Positions 1 through 6,984 of a stretch of 45,594 nucleotides of DNA are shown in pieces. The position numbers and the translations under genes are program-made. The stretch is from Sphingobacterium sp. (lineage in GTDB: Bacteria; Bacteroidota; Bacteroidia; SpSt-205): contig JAPYWM010000001.1 in NCBI GenBank assembly GCA_028276345.1, positions 1-45,594 on the forward strand, written 5' to 3'. Position 1 is the first letter of the stretch; each line of letters starts with the position of its first letter. Under the pieces are notes generated by a model that was given only the letters and a program-made list of their open reading frames with translations, ran no database searches and was not told where the DNA came from.

Positions 1-100
1 CCTCCAACCGAAAGATAGTCGCTGTGCCGTGTACCTCTTGCGTGTATATCATACTGGTGTCCAGATTGATGCCGGTCATGTCACGTCAAAGGTAAGGAGT

Positions 101-571
101 TCAGGGGATTTTTCGGTTTGGGCAGTTGGGCTTTTCGCAAGCGGCGTAGATCACGAGGTCATGGCGCTCGGGGCGCATGTGAAAGAGTCGTCCTACGGAT
201 TCGGTGACCAGGCCCATCTGGGGGTCGCAGAATTCTTCAATAGCGCCGCAATCCACGCATATCAGGTGATCGTGCTGTTGCCGTCCTAAGCTGCGCTCAT
301 AAAGCATGCGTCCTTCACCGAAAAGATACCGCCGCACCAGGCCAGCTTCCACAAAAAGCTGTAAGGCGTTATAGACTGTAGCCCGGCTGACTTTGATTCC
401 CTGGGCTAAAAGCTGATTGTAAAGCTGCTCGGCGTCAAAATGTTCGAGATTGAGGTAGATTTCTTTCAGGATGGCATAGCGTTCTCGGGTTTCTCGGAGG
501 CCCTGGGTGCGGATGTAAGTTTTGAGAGCGGTTTCGGCGGTTCGATACACTTCCTGAGCGGGGGTATTCAT
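101..571 (-). CDS. Fur-family metal-responsive transcriptional regulator (Fur/Zur/PerR type)
   Basis: ORF 101..676 trimmed to the ATG at 571 (MNTPAQEVY...). It has a winged-helix-like N-domain, an HDHLICVDCG CxxC motif and a C-terminal CEKPNC cysteine pair, all typical of the Fur family. The upstream 35 aa of the ORF show no family resemblance. Confidence 0.8.
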   Translation of the reverse strand: MNTPAQEVYRTAETALKTYIRTQGLRETRERYAILKEIYLNLEHFDAEQLYNQLLAQGIKVSRATVYNALQLFVEAGLVRRYLFGEGRMLYERSLGRQQHDHLICVDCGAIEEFCDPQMGLVTESVGRLFHMRPERHDLVIYAACEKPNCPNRKIP

Positions 572-617
572 GTTTTCAAAGAAACGCAAAAAGTGTCGTA
601 GGGTGAAGGGATGGGTT

Positions 618-1634
618 TTAGGCGCGAAAAGCTCTCTGCAGGTCGGTGTTTGTGATGATTTGGGGCTGCCCCTCAAGGCGATCGCGAAGGAAGGCGATTT
701 GGGCGGCGCGCCGCAGCCAGCTTATGAGATCAGCCCGGCTGAAACCTTCTGTTTTTTCTGCCCAGGCCCCCCAGTCTATATCAGGTTCTACGGGGAAGTT
801 CTGGGCTGCTTGTCGCAGAATTAGTTCCCGTTCCCACACATCGGGCAGGGCGATGTAGAGGCGATGGTCGATGCGTTCGCTGCGTAGGAGGGCGTTTTCC
901 AGGGCGAGGCGGCGGTTGGTGATGCCCACTACGGCCACGGGTTTCTGACGGTGTCTCAGCTCGTCTATGAGGAGGAGCAGTTGGTTGGTCGTGCCGTTGA
1001 GCCAGGGGAGGTTGGCTTCCCGAGGCGGGAAGAGGCTATCGAACTCCTCAAAGACCAGTACCATCGGCGCACGGCGGATAGCTTTATTGAAGATCTGGCG
1101 GAGTCGTCTTTCGGATTCGCCGAACCACATGGAGGCGAGGGCCGGTGTATGAATGAATCGAACAGGAAGCTGCGCTCCCTTAGAGAGGCTCCGGAAGAGG
1201 TAACTTTTTCCGGCGCCGGGCGGGCCCTCTACGATGATCATGGGGGTGAGGGAGAGGCCGTATTTCTTGGTGAGGTTGGGGTAGCGAAGGGGAAGGTACA
1301 GGTGTTCGATGAGGAATTCCTTTTCGGCTTCCATGCCGTAGAGGTCGGGGAAGAGCTTTTGTCGCAGCTCGGCGAGGGAGATGGCGGGCGGGTAGGATTC
1401 TTCGGTGGGCGGTTGGGTTTCTTTGACGAGGCCGAGATGGGCGCGGATGGAGGGCAGTTCCCACAGATTATTGCCCAGATGGCGCAAAAGCCGACGTAGC
1501 CCGGCCGTGTCATAGTGGGAAAGGGGGTAGAGGGGTGCGAGGAGCTTTCGCTCACGGGCTTCTCGGGCCAGAATTAGTAAAACCCGCCGGTCGGCTCTGC
1601 TTAGAAAGCGCTCCAGCTCCGCCCACCGGTTCAT
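618..1634 (-). CDS. AAA-family ATPase (single classic AAA module) with an uncharacterised N-terminal domain of about 130 aa
   Basis: Walker A GPPGAGKS, Walker B MVLVFEEFD, and a FtsH/CDC48-like AAA core. Start set at the ATG at 1634 (MNRWAELERF...), because the longer ORF (to 1742) reads through the tRNA-Met gene. Confidence 0.8.
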   Translation of the reverse strand: MNRWAELERFLSRADRRVLLILAREARERKLLAPLYPLSHYDTAGLRRLLRHLGNNLWELPSIRAHLGLVKETQPPTEESYPPAISLAELRQKLFPDLYGMEAEKEFLIEHLYLPLRYPNLTKKYGLSLTPMIIVEGPPGAGKSYLFRSLSKGAQLPVRFIHTPALASMWFGESERRLRQIFNKAIRRAPMVLVFEEFDSLFPPREANLPWLNGTTNQLLLLIDELRHRQKPVAVVGITNRRLALENALLRSERIDHRLYIALPDVWERELILRQAAQNFPVEPDIDWGAWAEKTEGFSRADLISWLRRAAQIAFLRDRLEGQPQIITNTDLQRAFRA

Positions 1635-1637
1635 ACG

Positions 1638-1711
1638 TGGCGAGAGCGGGAATCGAACCCGCGACCTCAGGATTATGAATCCTGCGCTCTCACCTACTGA
1701 GCTATCTCGCC
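1638..1711 (-). tRNA. tRNA-Met (anticodon CAT). An elongator-type anticodon stem. A lysidine-modified tRNA-Ile2 cannot be excluded.
   Basis: The reverse complement folds by hand into a cloverleaf: acceptor GGCGAGA/TCTCGCC, D stem GCTC/GAGC, anticodon stem CAGGA/TCCTG with loop TTCATAA, T stem GCGGG/CCCGC with TTCGATT, discriminator A. CCA is not encoded. Confidence 0.9.
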
Positions 1712-1719
1712 GTGGAAGG

Positions 1720-1727
1720 CAAAGATA
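1720..1727 (-). promoter_or_regulatory. Bacteroidota-type -7 box TATCTTTG upstream of tRNA-Met
   Basis: Exact TAnnTTTG match on the minus strand, 8 nt upstream of the tRNA 5' end. Confidence 0.5.
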
Positions 1728-1783
1728 CGACCTTCTTCGCATCAGGTGTCTGCCGTCGCCCCCTGCCGTACGCGTATTTTCTG

Positions 1784-1791
1784 TAATTTTG
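1784..1791 (+). promoter_or_regulatory. Bacteroidota-type -7 box TAATTTTG upstream of tRNA-Ser
   Basis: Exact TAnnTTTG match, 11 nt upstream of the tRNA 5' end. Confidence 0.5.
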
Positions 1792-1802
1792 CCAGGATAG
1801 TC

Positions 1803-1892
1803 GGAGAGATGCCGGAGTGGTCGAACGGGCCTGACTTGAAATCAGGTAGCCCGCCCAGAGCGGGCTCGGGGGTTCGAATCCCTCTCTCTCCG
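1803..1892 (+). tRNA. tRNA-Ser (anticodon TGA), class II with a long variable arm
   Basis: Hand fold: acceptor GGAGAGA/TCTCTCC, anticodon stem CCTGA/TCAGG with loop CTTGAAA, variable-arm stem GCCCGC/GCGGGC, T arm GGGGG-TTCGAAT-CCCTC, discriminator G. Confidence 0.9.
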
Positions 1893-1893
1893 C

Positions 1894-2901
1894 ATGCAGG
1901 TCCTGACATTGGAACAATTTATCGCTGATCGCCAGCAGGAAATAGAAGGGGCTACCGGCGCTTTCTCTAAAATCCTGCGCGACCTTTCCTTAGGAGCCAA
2001 GCTGATTAGCTTTCATCTGCGGCGCGCAGCCCTCTCGGGCATCCTGGGCGAACTCGGTATCACTAACGTCCAGGGCGAATCCGTCCAGAAACTCGACCAC
2101 CTCTCCAATACCCTCTTCCGCCAGCTATTTGCTAAAAACCCTCACATGGCCGGCTTCGCCTCCGAAGAAGACGATACCTTCACCCCCCTAAATCCCGAAG
2201 GTAAGTACGTCATCGTGGTGGACCCTCTGGATGGTTCCTCCAATATTGACGTCGGCGTACCGGTGGGAACGATATTTTCCATTTATCGGCGGCGCACGCC
2301 GGTAGGGACGCCCTGCACGGAGGCCGACTTCCTGCAAGGGGGACGAGCCCAGGTAGCCGCTGGCTATATTCTCTACGGCACCAGTACGCTCCTTTTCTAC
2401 ACGACGGGCAAAGGTGTGCATGGCTTTACGTTAGAGCCTGCCGCGGGCGACTTCCTCCTCTCCCACCCCGATGTCAAAATGCCCGAAAAAAGTAGCTACT
2501 ACTCCTTCAACGACAACCAGTTTCACGAATGGCCACCCGCCCTGCAAGCGTTTATCACCACCTTTCACCAGGAAAATCGCCGCAGCGCTAAGCCCCAGTC
2601 CCTGCGGTATGTCGGTTCGCTCGTGGCAGACTTTCACCGGAACCTTCTGAAGGGGGGCTTTTTCATGTATCCCGGCACGGTCGCTAAGCCCGAAGGCAAG
2701 CTTCGGCTCCTGTATGAGGCCTACCCCATGGCCTGGCTGATAGAAGAAGCCGGTGGCGCCGCCACCAATGGCGTTCAGCCCATCCTGGATATTCCCCCTA
2801 CCAAACTCCACCAGCGGACCGCTCTCTTCTTAGGGCCAAAAACCTTTCTGGAAAAACTCGCCCAAACCCTATCTGACCATGTCCCTGTGGAAAAGGTTTA
2901 A
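1894..2901 (+). CDS. fbp: Fructose-1,6-bisphosphatase, class I
   Basis: N-terminus MQVLTLEQFIADRQQEIEGATG matches the class I FBPase N-terminal pattern. It also has the VVDPLDGSSNID metal-binding motif and the GGFFMYPG / KLRLLYEA C-terminal motifs. Confidence 0.9.
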   Translation: MQVLTLEQFIADRQQEIEGATGAFSKILRDLSLGAKLISFHLRRAALSGILGELGITNVQGESVQKLDHLSNTLFRQLFAKNPHMAGFASEEDDTFTPLNPEGKYVIVVDPLDGSSNIDVGVPVGTIFSIYRRRTPVGTPCTEADFLQGGRAQVAAGYILYGTSTLLFYTTGKGVHGFTLEPAAGDFLLSHPDVKMPEKSSYYSFNDNQFHEWPPALQAFITTFHQENRRSAKPQSLRYVGSLVADFHRNLLKGGFFMYPGTVAKPEGKLRLLYEAYPMAWLIEEAGGAATNGVQPILDIPPTKLHQRTALFLGPKTFLEKLAQTLSDHVPVEKV

Positions 2902-3634
2902 GCGGGCCATCCGGGCACTCTTCGGTAAAGCCGTAGAAGCCATTGAAGACCCCCGCCTCATCTTGGAACAGAACATCCGGGACCTCAACGACCAGGTCCC
3001 GAAAATGAACCAGCATATCGCCTCCGTCAAGGCTACCGTTACCCTCTTAGAGCGGGAGCTGGCCAAGTCCAAAAAAGAGTATGAAGAGCTGATCGCTCGG
3101 GTGAAAGCTGCCCTGGCCCAGAACCGGGAAGACCTCGCCGAGCAGTACGCCCTCCGCATAGAAAAGCTCAAACAATCTATTGCGCAGACGCAGGTAGAGC
3201 TGGAAGCCGCCCAAAAAGCCTACGAAAAAGCGCTGGAAATTAAAAAGCTTTTCATGCGGGAGAAAGAGCGCAAGATTCAGGAGGCGCGGGCAGCTCTTCA
3301 GCAGTATGAGCGGGCCCAGTGGCAGGCAAAAATCGCCGAGACCTTTGAGAAGTTTGAGGTGGGGGGGATCGACCAGACCCACGACGAGATGGTTCGCCGC
3401 CTACAAGAAAAAGCCGCCCAGAACGAAGCCCGCTTAGAACTCGCCCTGGACTCCATTGATACCTCCCGGCTCAAAGTGGAAGAAGAGATGGAGCGCATCC
3501 AGGCCAAAGATTCCCTTAGCCGCCTCAAAGCCGAACTCGGCCTGGAAATGCCTCCCAGCCCCACCAACTCGGAATACCCCCCGCCTAATCCCCCTTCGGA
3601 CAAAGAACCCCCCGCCAAAGAGCCCCTCTTATAG
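2879..3634 (+). CDS. PspA/IM30 (Vipp1) family membrane-stress protein with a proline-rich C-terminal tail
   Basis: N-terminus MSLWKRFKRAIRALFGKAVEAIEDPRLILEQNIRDL is the characteristic PspA/IM30 start. A long coiled-coil region follows, and the tail is PPSPTNSEYPPPNPPSDKEPPAKEP. It overlaps the fbp stop by 23 nt. Confidence 0.8.
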   Translation: MSLWKRFKRAIRALFGKAVEAIEDPRLILEQNIRDLNDQVPKMNQHIASVKATVTLLERELAKSKKEYEELIARVKAALAQNREDLAEQYALRIEKLKQSIAQTQVELEAAQKAYEKALEIKKLFMREKERKIQEARAALQQYERAQWQAKIAETFEKFEVGGIDQTHDEMVRRLQEKAAQNEARLELALDSIDTSRLKVEEEMERIQAKDSLSRLKAELGLEMPPSPTNSEYPPPNPPSDKEPPAKEPLL

Positions 3635-3637
3635 TCC

Positions 3638-3919
3638 ATGCCGTACACGCCCGAGGAGTACGAAAAGCTCAAAGTCGTCTATAAGGAGGCGCTTCGCCAG
3701 CGTAAAGCTATCCTGGAAACTGCCCGAAAAGCCCACCTCCGCCAGAAAGCCGAATGGCATCTCGCCCAAATGGAAGCTGCCCTTACAGCCCTCGGATACA
3801 GCGTAGAACCTACTTTGCCTTCTGCGGAGCCTACCTCCTCCCCGCCTCAAAACGAAACGAGCGCCCCCTCCTCTTCGGAAGGGGCTGCCTCGCCATCCGA
3901 GCCTAAGACGTTGTTCTAA
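3638..3919 (+). CDS. Hypothetical small protein (helical N-half, Pro/Ser/Thr-rich tail)
   Basis: 93-aa ORF whose ATG lies 3 nt after the pspA-like stop. Coding-like composition but no recognisable family. Confidence 0.45.
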   Translation: MPYTPEEYEKLKVVYKEALRQRKAILETARKAHLRQKAEWHLAQMEAALTALGYSVEPTLPSAEPTSSPPQNETSAPSSSEGAASPSEPKTLF

Positions 3920-3921
3920 GC

Positions 3922-5091
3922 TTGCGCATCCTACAGCTTTCGGCGAAGCCCCTCTACCCCCCCCGGGATGGGGGTGCCCTGGGATCCCTGTACTTTGTAG
4001 AAATGTGGCGCCGGCTGGGCTGGGAAGTCCTGACCCTGGCCATGAGCACGCCCAAGCACCCTGCTTCCCCGCAGGCACCCTTCCCCCAGAAAAGCGTCTT
4101 CGTAGATACGACGCCGCGTCCGTGGCCCGCCCTGAAAAATCTCTTGTTCAGCCGCCGGCCCTACCATGTAGATCGTTTTCAGAGCACCGCTTACCAGGCC
4201 GCTCTGGAAGAAACCCTCGCCACCTTCCGGCCTGACCTGATTCAGGTGGAATCGCCCTACCTCACGCCGTACGTGGAAAATCTTTCGCTTCCCCGCGTCT
4301 ACCGCCTTCACAATGTGGAGTATCTCATCTGGGCCCGTCTCGCCCGCGAAAAACCCTGGCCCTTCCGCCATTACTTTATCACGCAGGCTCGCCGCATCCA
4401 CCACTACGAGACCCGTATCCTCCACACTTATCAGGGCCTCATCCCCATCTCCGAAAAAGAAGCCGCCTTCATCCAGGAGAGCGGCTATCGGGGGCCGGTG
4501 GCGCTCATCCCCTACGCCATCGCCGTAGAGGAATACGACGCCCCGCCCCTGCGGGAAGAGAATCCCCGCATTGGGTTTATTGGGGGTCTGGACTGGCTAC
4601 CCAACTTGGCCGGGATAACGTGGTTTCTGGAGCGGGTGTGGCCAGAATTTGCCCGACGATATCCGCAAGCGGAACTGTCTATTGCTGGACGCAACTGCCC
4701 CGCCTCTCTCCACCGCTACGCCAGCCCGCAGGTGCACATCCTGGGCGAAGTCCCAGACAGCAAAGCCTTCCTCTATGCGCAGGATATTCTGATTGTGCCG
4801 CTTTTTTCTGGTAGTGGCATCCGGATAAAAATCATGGAAGGCTGGGCGACGGGGCGGGCCATTCTATCTACCAGCGTCGGTGCCGAGAGCCTCGTCTGCA
4901 CACCTGGCCGCCACCTCCTGATAGCAGACGACGAGGAGTCCTTCCTCCAGGCCCTGGAAGCCCTCTACACAGACGCTGCCCTTCGAAAGGCTATCGCCCA
5001 AGCGGGCCGCCACCTTGCCGAAACCCTCTACAACCGGGAAGCCCAACTGCCCCATTTTCGTACGTTTTACGAGCAGGTCCTGCATGGCTAA
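3922..5091 (+). CDS. Glycosyltransferase, GT4 (GT-B fold) family
   Basis: N-terminus MRILQLSAKPLYPPRDGG is typical of GT4. C-terminal region has PLFSGSGIRIKIMEGWATGRAILST, an EX7E-like region. It uses a TTG start 2 nt after the previous stop. Confidence 0.75.
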   Translation: MRILQLSAKPLYPPRDGGALGSLYFVEMWRRLGWEVLTLAMSTPKHPASPQAPFPQKSVFVDTTPRPWPALKNLLFSRRPYHVDRFQSTAYQAALEETLATFRPDLIQVESPYLTPYVENLSLPRVYRLHNVEYLIWARLAREKPWPFRHYFITQARRIHHYETRILHTYQGLIPISEKEAAFIQESGYRGPVALIPYAIAVEEYDAPPLREENPRIGFIGGLDWLPNLAGITWFLERVWPEFARRYPQAELSIAGRNCPASLHRYASPQVHILGEVPDSKAFLYAQDILIVPLFSGSGIRIKIMEGWATGRAILSTSVGAESLVCTPGRHLLIADDEESFLQALEALYTDAALRKAIAQAGRHLAETLYNREAQLPHFRTFYEQVLHG

Positions 5092-6139
5092 GCCGTCGTT
5101 TCGGGTAGTGGGTCTGATGGCAGGGAGCTCCCAAGATGGCGTGGATATGGCTTTGGTGCGCTTCTGGCGTCCGGGGGAAAGGTGGCAGTATGAAGTGCTA
5201 ACGGCCGAGACTGTCCCCTATCCCCATGAGCTGGAAGCGGCGCTTCATCGGCTGCTGGAGCTGTCGGGGGAGGCGCTTCTCCGGCTAAGTGTGGCGTATA
5301 CGGACTGGACGGCGGCCGTCCTGCGGAAAAGACTGCGGGGCCAGGTGTACGACCTGATTAGCTGGCATGGGCCAACGGCGTTTCACCAGCCGGCCCAAGG
5401 TCTTACCTGGGGTCTGGGGGATTCGGAGCGGCTGCGCGTCCTGGTGGGTAAGCCCGTCATCATGCACTTTCGGGCACGCGACATAGCCTATAGGGGGCAA
5501 GGGGCTCCGCTCATTCCCCATGCTGATGCGCACCTCTGGCCCGAGTACGAAACGCTCCTCAACCTCGGTGGCATCGCCAACATCACCCACCTTCCTACAC
5601 GGGCCGCTTTTGACATCAGCGCCTGCAATCAGCTTCTCAATGCGCTGGCTCGTCAGTTTGACCCATCTCATCGGTACGACCCGGATGGCACCTTTGCTAA
5701 GCAGGGCCGGCTCATCCCTTCCCTGTTAGAAACCTTCCTCACCGCTCCTATTTTCCAGATCAGTCCATCCCCCGCCATCACCAACGAAATCGTACGCACC
5801 CAGTTCCTCACCCCCTTCCTCACCCATCCCGCCCCCGCCCAGGATAAACTCCACACTGCCGTCCAGGCCATCGCCATGAAGCTTAGTGAGACCTTACGCC
5901 GGCTCCAGTGCGAGAAAGTCTACCTTACCGGCGGCGGCGCCCGGAATACCTATCTGGTCAAGACAATACAAGCACACTCGCCATGCCCTTGCTTTTTAGC
6001 CCCTGACGTGCTCATTGACTTTCGGGAAGCTATAGGCTTTGCTTTTCTGGGGCTTTTAGGCTACCTGGGCGAGGACAACCTCCTATCTGGCTGGACGCTG
6101 GCTCGGCGCAGTCAGCGCGCTGGCCTTCTAAGCTTGTAG
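5084..6139 (+). CDS. anmK: Anhydro-N-acetylmuramic acid kinase
   Basis: Trimmed to the ATG at 5084 (MAKPSFRVVGLMAGSSQDGVDMAL, the AnmK N-terminal pattern GLMSGTSxDGxD). The C-terminal part has LTGGGARN. It overlaps the GT4 stop by 8 nt (ATGGCTAA). Confidence 0.8.
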   Translation: MAKPSFRVVGLMAGSSQDGVDMALVRFWRPGERWQYEVLTAETVPYPHELEAALHRLLELSGEALLRLSVAYTDWTAAVLRKRLRGQVYDLISWHGPTAFHQPAQGLTWGLGDSERLRVLVGKPVIMHFRARDIAYRGQGAPLIPHADAHLWPEYETLLNLGGIANITHLPTRAAFDISACNQLLNALARQFDPSHRYDPDGTFAKQGRLIPSLLETFLTAPIFQISPSPAITNEIVRTQFLTPFLTHPAPAQDKLHTAVQAIAMKLSETLRRLQCEKVYLTGGGARNTYLVKTIQAHSPCPCFLAPDVLIDFREAIGFAFLGLLGYLGEDNLLSGWTLARRSQRAGLLSL

Positions 6140-6242
6140 GGAGAGCAGTCCTCACTTAGGCCCACGAGGGGATGAGGATGGCTGACGCTGAGGGAGATAC
6201 CATTTGCAATCAAAAACCTTCCGAATGGAGAAAGGTTTTAGC

Positions 6243-6270
6243 GGCGGCCAGCCCGCAGGGCTGGCCGCCG
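6243..6270. terminator. Perfect 12-bp GC-rich hairpin (GGCGGCCAGCCC-GCAG-GGGCTGGCCGCC) between convergent genes
   Basis: Read directly from the sequence. There is no U-tract, so function as an intrinsic terminator is inferred only from its position between anmK (+) and coaD (-). Confidence 0.45.
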
Positions 6271-6279
6271 CCTCAGCAC

Positions 6280-6314
6280 GGGGCCGCCGCCCGCTGAAGG
6301 CGGGCGGCGGCCCC
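6280..6314. terminator. Perfect 15-bp GC-rich hairpin (GGGGCCGCCGCCCGC-TGAAG-GCGGGCGGCGGCCCC)
   Basis: Read directly from the sequence, 9 nt after the first hairpin. It is followed by ACAAAATA on the plus strand. Confidence 0.45.
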
Positions 6315-6445
6315 ACAAAATACCACCGACTCGCATTCAGAAACTCTTTGCATCAAGCTGGTAGAGAGGTGCCGCAACTGGTTCCATGCGCGCTTCAAGG
6401 CAGTCCGTCCGATCCGCTAAGCGGTCTATGCGTTTTTCTAAGTTT

Positions 6446-6943
6446 TCACTCGGTAACGGGCTTACCGCCGGGGTAGAGCTTGTAGATATCCGCGATGATG
6501 TGGGGGGGCAAAAGCCCTTCCAAGTGCCCCCGAAATCGAATCACCTCCCGCACGAGCGTAGAGGAGACAAACGACGTCTGTGGACTGCTGAGCAGGTAAA
6601 AGGTCTCTATGCTGGGGTCCAGCTGCTTATTGAGCAGGTCAATGTTGCGCTCGTACTCATAATCCGGTGCCGACCGCAGCCCCCGCAGGATAAACTTGGC
6701 GCCCACTTCTCTGGCGAAGAGCACCGTCAGCGTGGTGTAGCAGGCGACTCGTACCCGGGGCTCACCTTGAAAGGCGATTTCTATCCAGCGCTGCCGCACC
6801 TCGGGGCTAAACATCGCCTGCTTGGTGGTGTTTATGCCAATGCCAATCACGACCTCATCAAAAAGAGAGAGACCACGCTGGATGATTTCTATGTGGCCGA
6901 GGGTGATGGGGTCAAAACTCCCTGGGAATAAGGCTCGCCGCAT
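6446..6943 (-). CDS. coaD: Phosphopantetheine adenylyltransferase
   Basis: MRRALFPGSFDPITLGHIEII carries the CoaD signature (FPGSFDPxTxGH). The ATG at 6943 is preferred because the TTG at 6952 lies inside the -7 box. Confidence 0.9.
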   Translation of the reverse strand: MRRALFPGSFDPITLGHIEIIQRGLSLFDEVVIGIGINTTKQAMFSPEVRQRWIEIAFQGEPRVRVACYTTLTVLFAREVGAKFILRGLRSAPDYEYERNIDLLNKQLDPSIETFYLLSSPQTSFVSSTLVREVIRFRGHLEGLLPPHIIADIYKLYPGGKPVTE

Positions 6944-6949
6944 GAACGG

Positions 6950-6957
6950 CAAAGTTA
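6950..6957 (-). promoter_or_regulatory. -7 box TAACTTTG, 6 nt upstream of the coaD ATG
   Basis: Exact TAnnTTTG match on the minus strand. Confidence 0.5.
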
Positions 6958-6984
6958 ACTTGCTCTACTTGCCAGGGGGGGGCC

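Noticed and set aside
1635-1928. N-terminal extension of ORF 618..1742 and the small ORFs 1702..1917 (-) and 1746..1928 (+).
   Set aside because: They read through the two tRNA genes and the divergent promoter spacer. Both tRNAs fold into complete cloverleaves, and the AAA protein has a sensible ATG at 1634.
6192-6208. Sigma-54 promoter-like strings (GG...TTGCA), searched for because rpoN is present. Also noted at about 22348..22362 (GGCATGGGGAAATGC), and TGGCAC hexamers inside CDSs (for example about 5694, 25545 and 28744).
   Set aside because: The intergenic candidates have GG-N11-GC spacing instead of the required N10, and they lack the TGGCAC core. The TGGCAC hits are intragenic and have no TTGC at the correct distance.
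6204-6476. A 90-aa ORF in the anmK-coaD spacer, and ORF 6386..6931 opposite coaD.
   Set aside because: The first is translated straight through the two perfect GC hairpins, giving Gly/Ala/Arg/Pro-rich nonsense. The second is the in-phase shadow of coaD.
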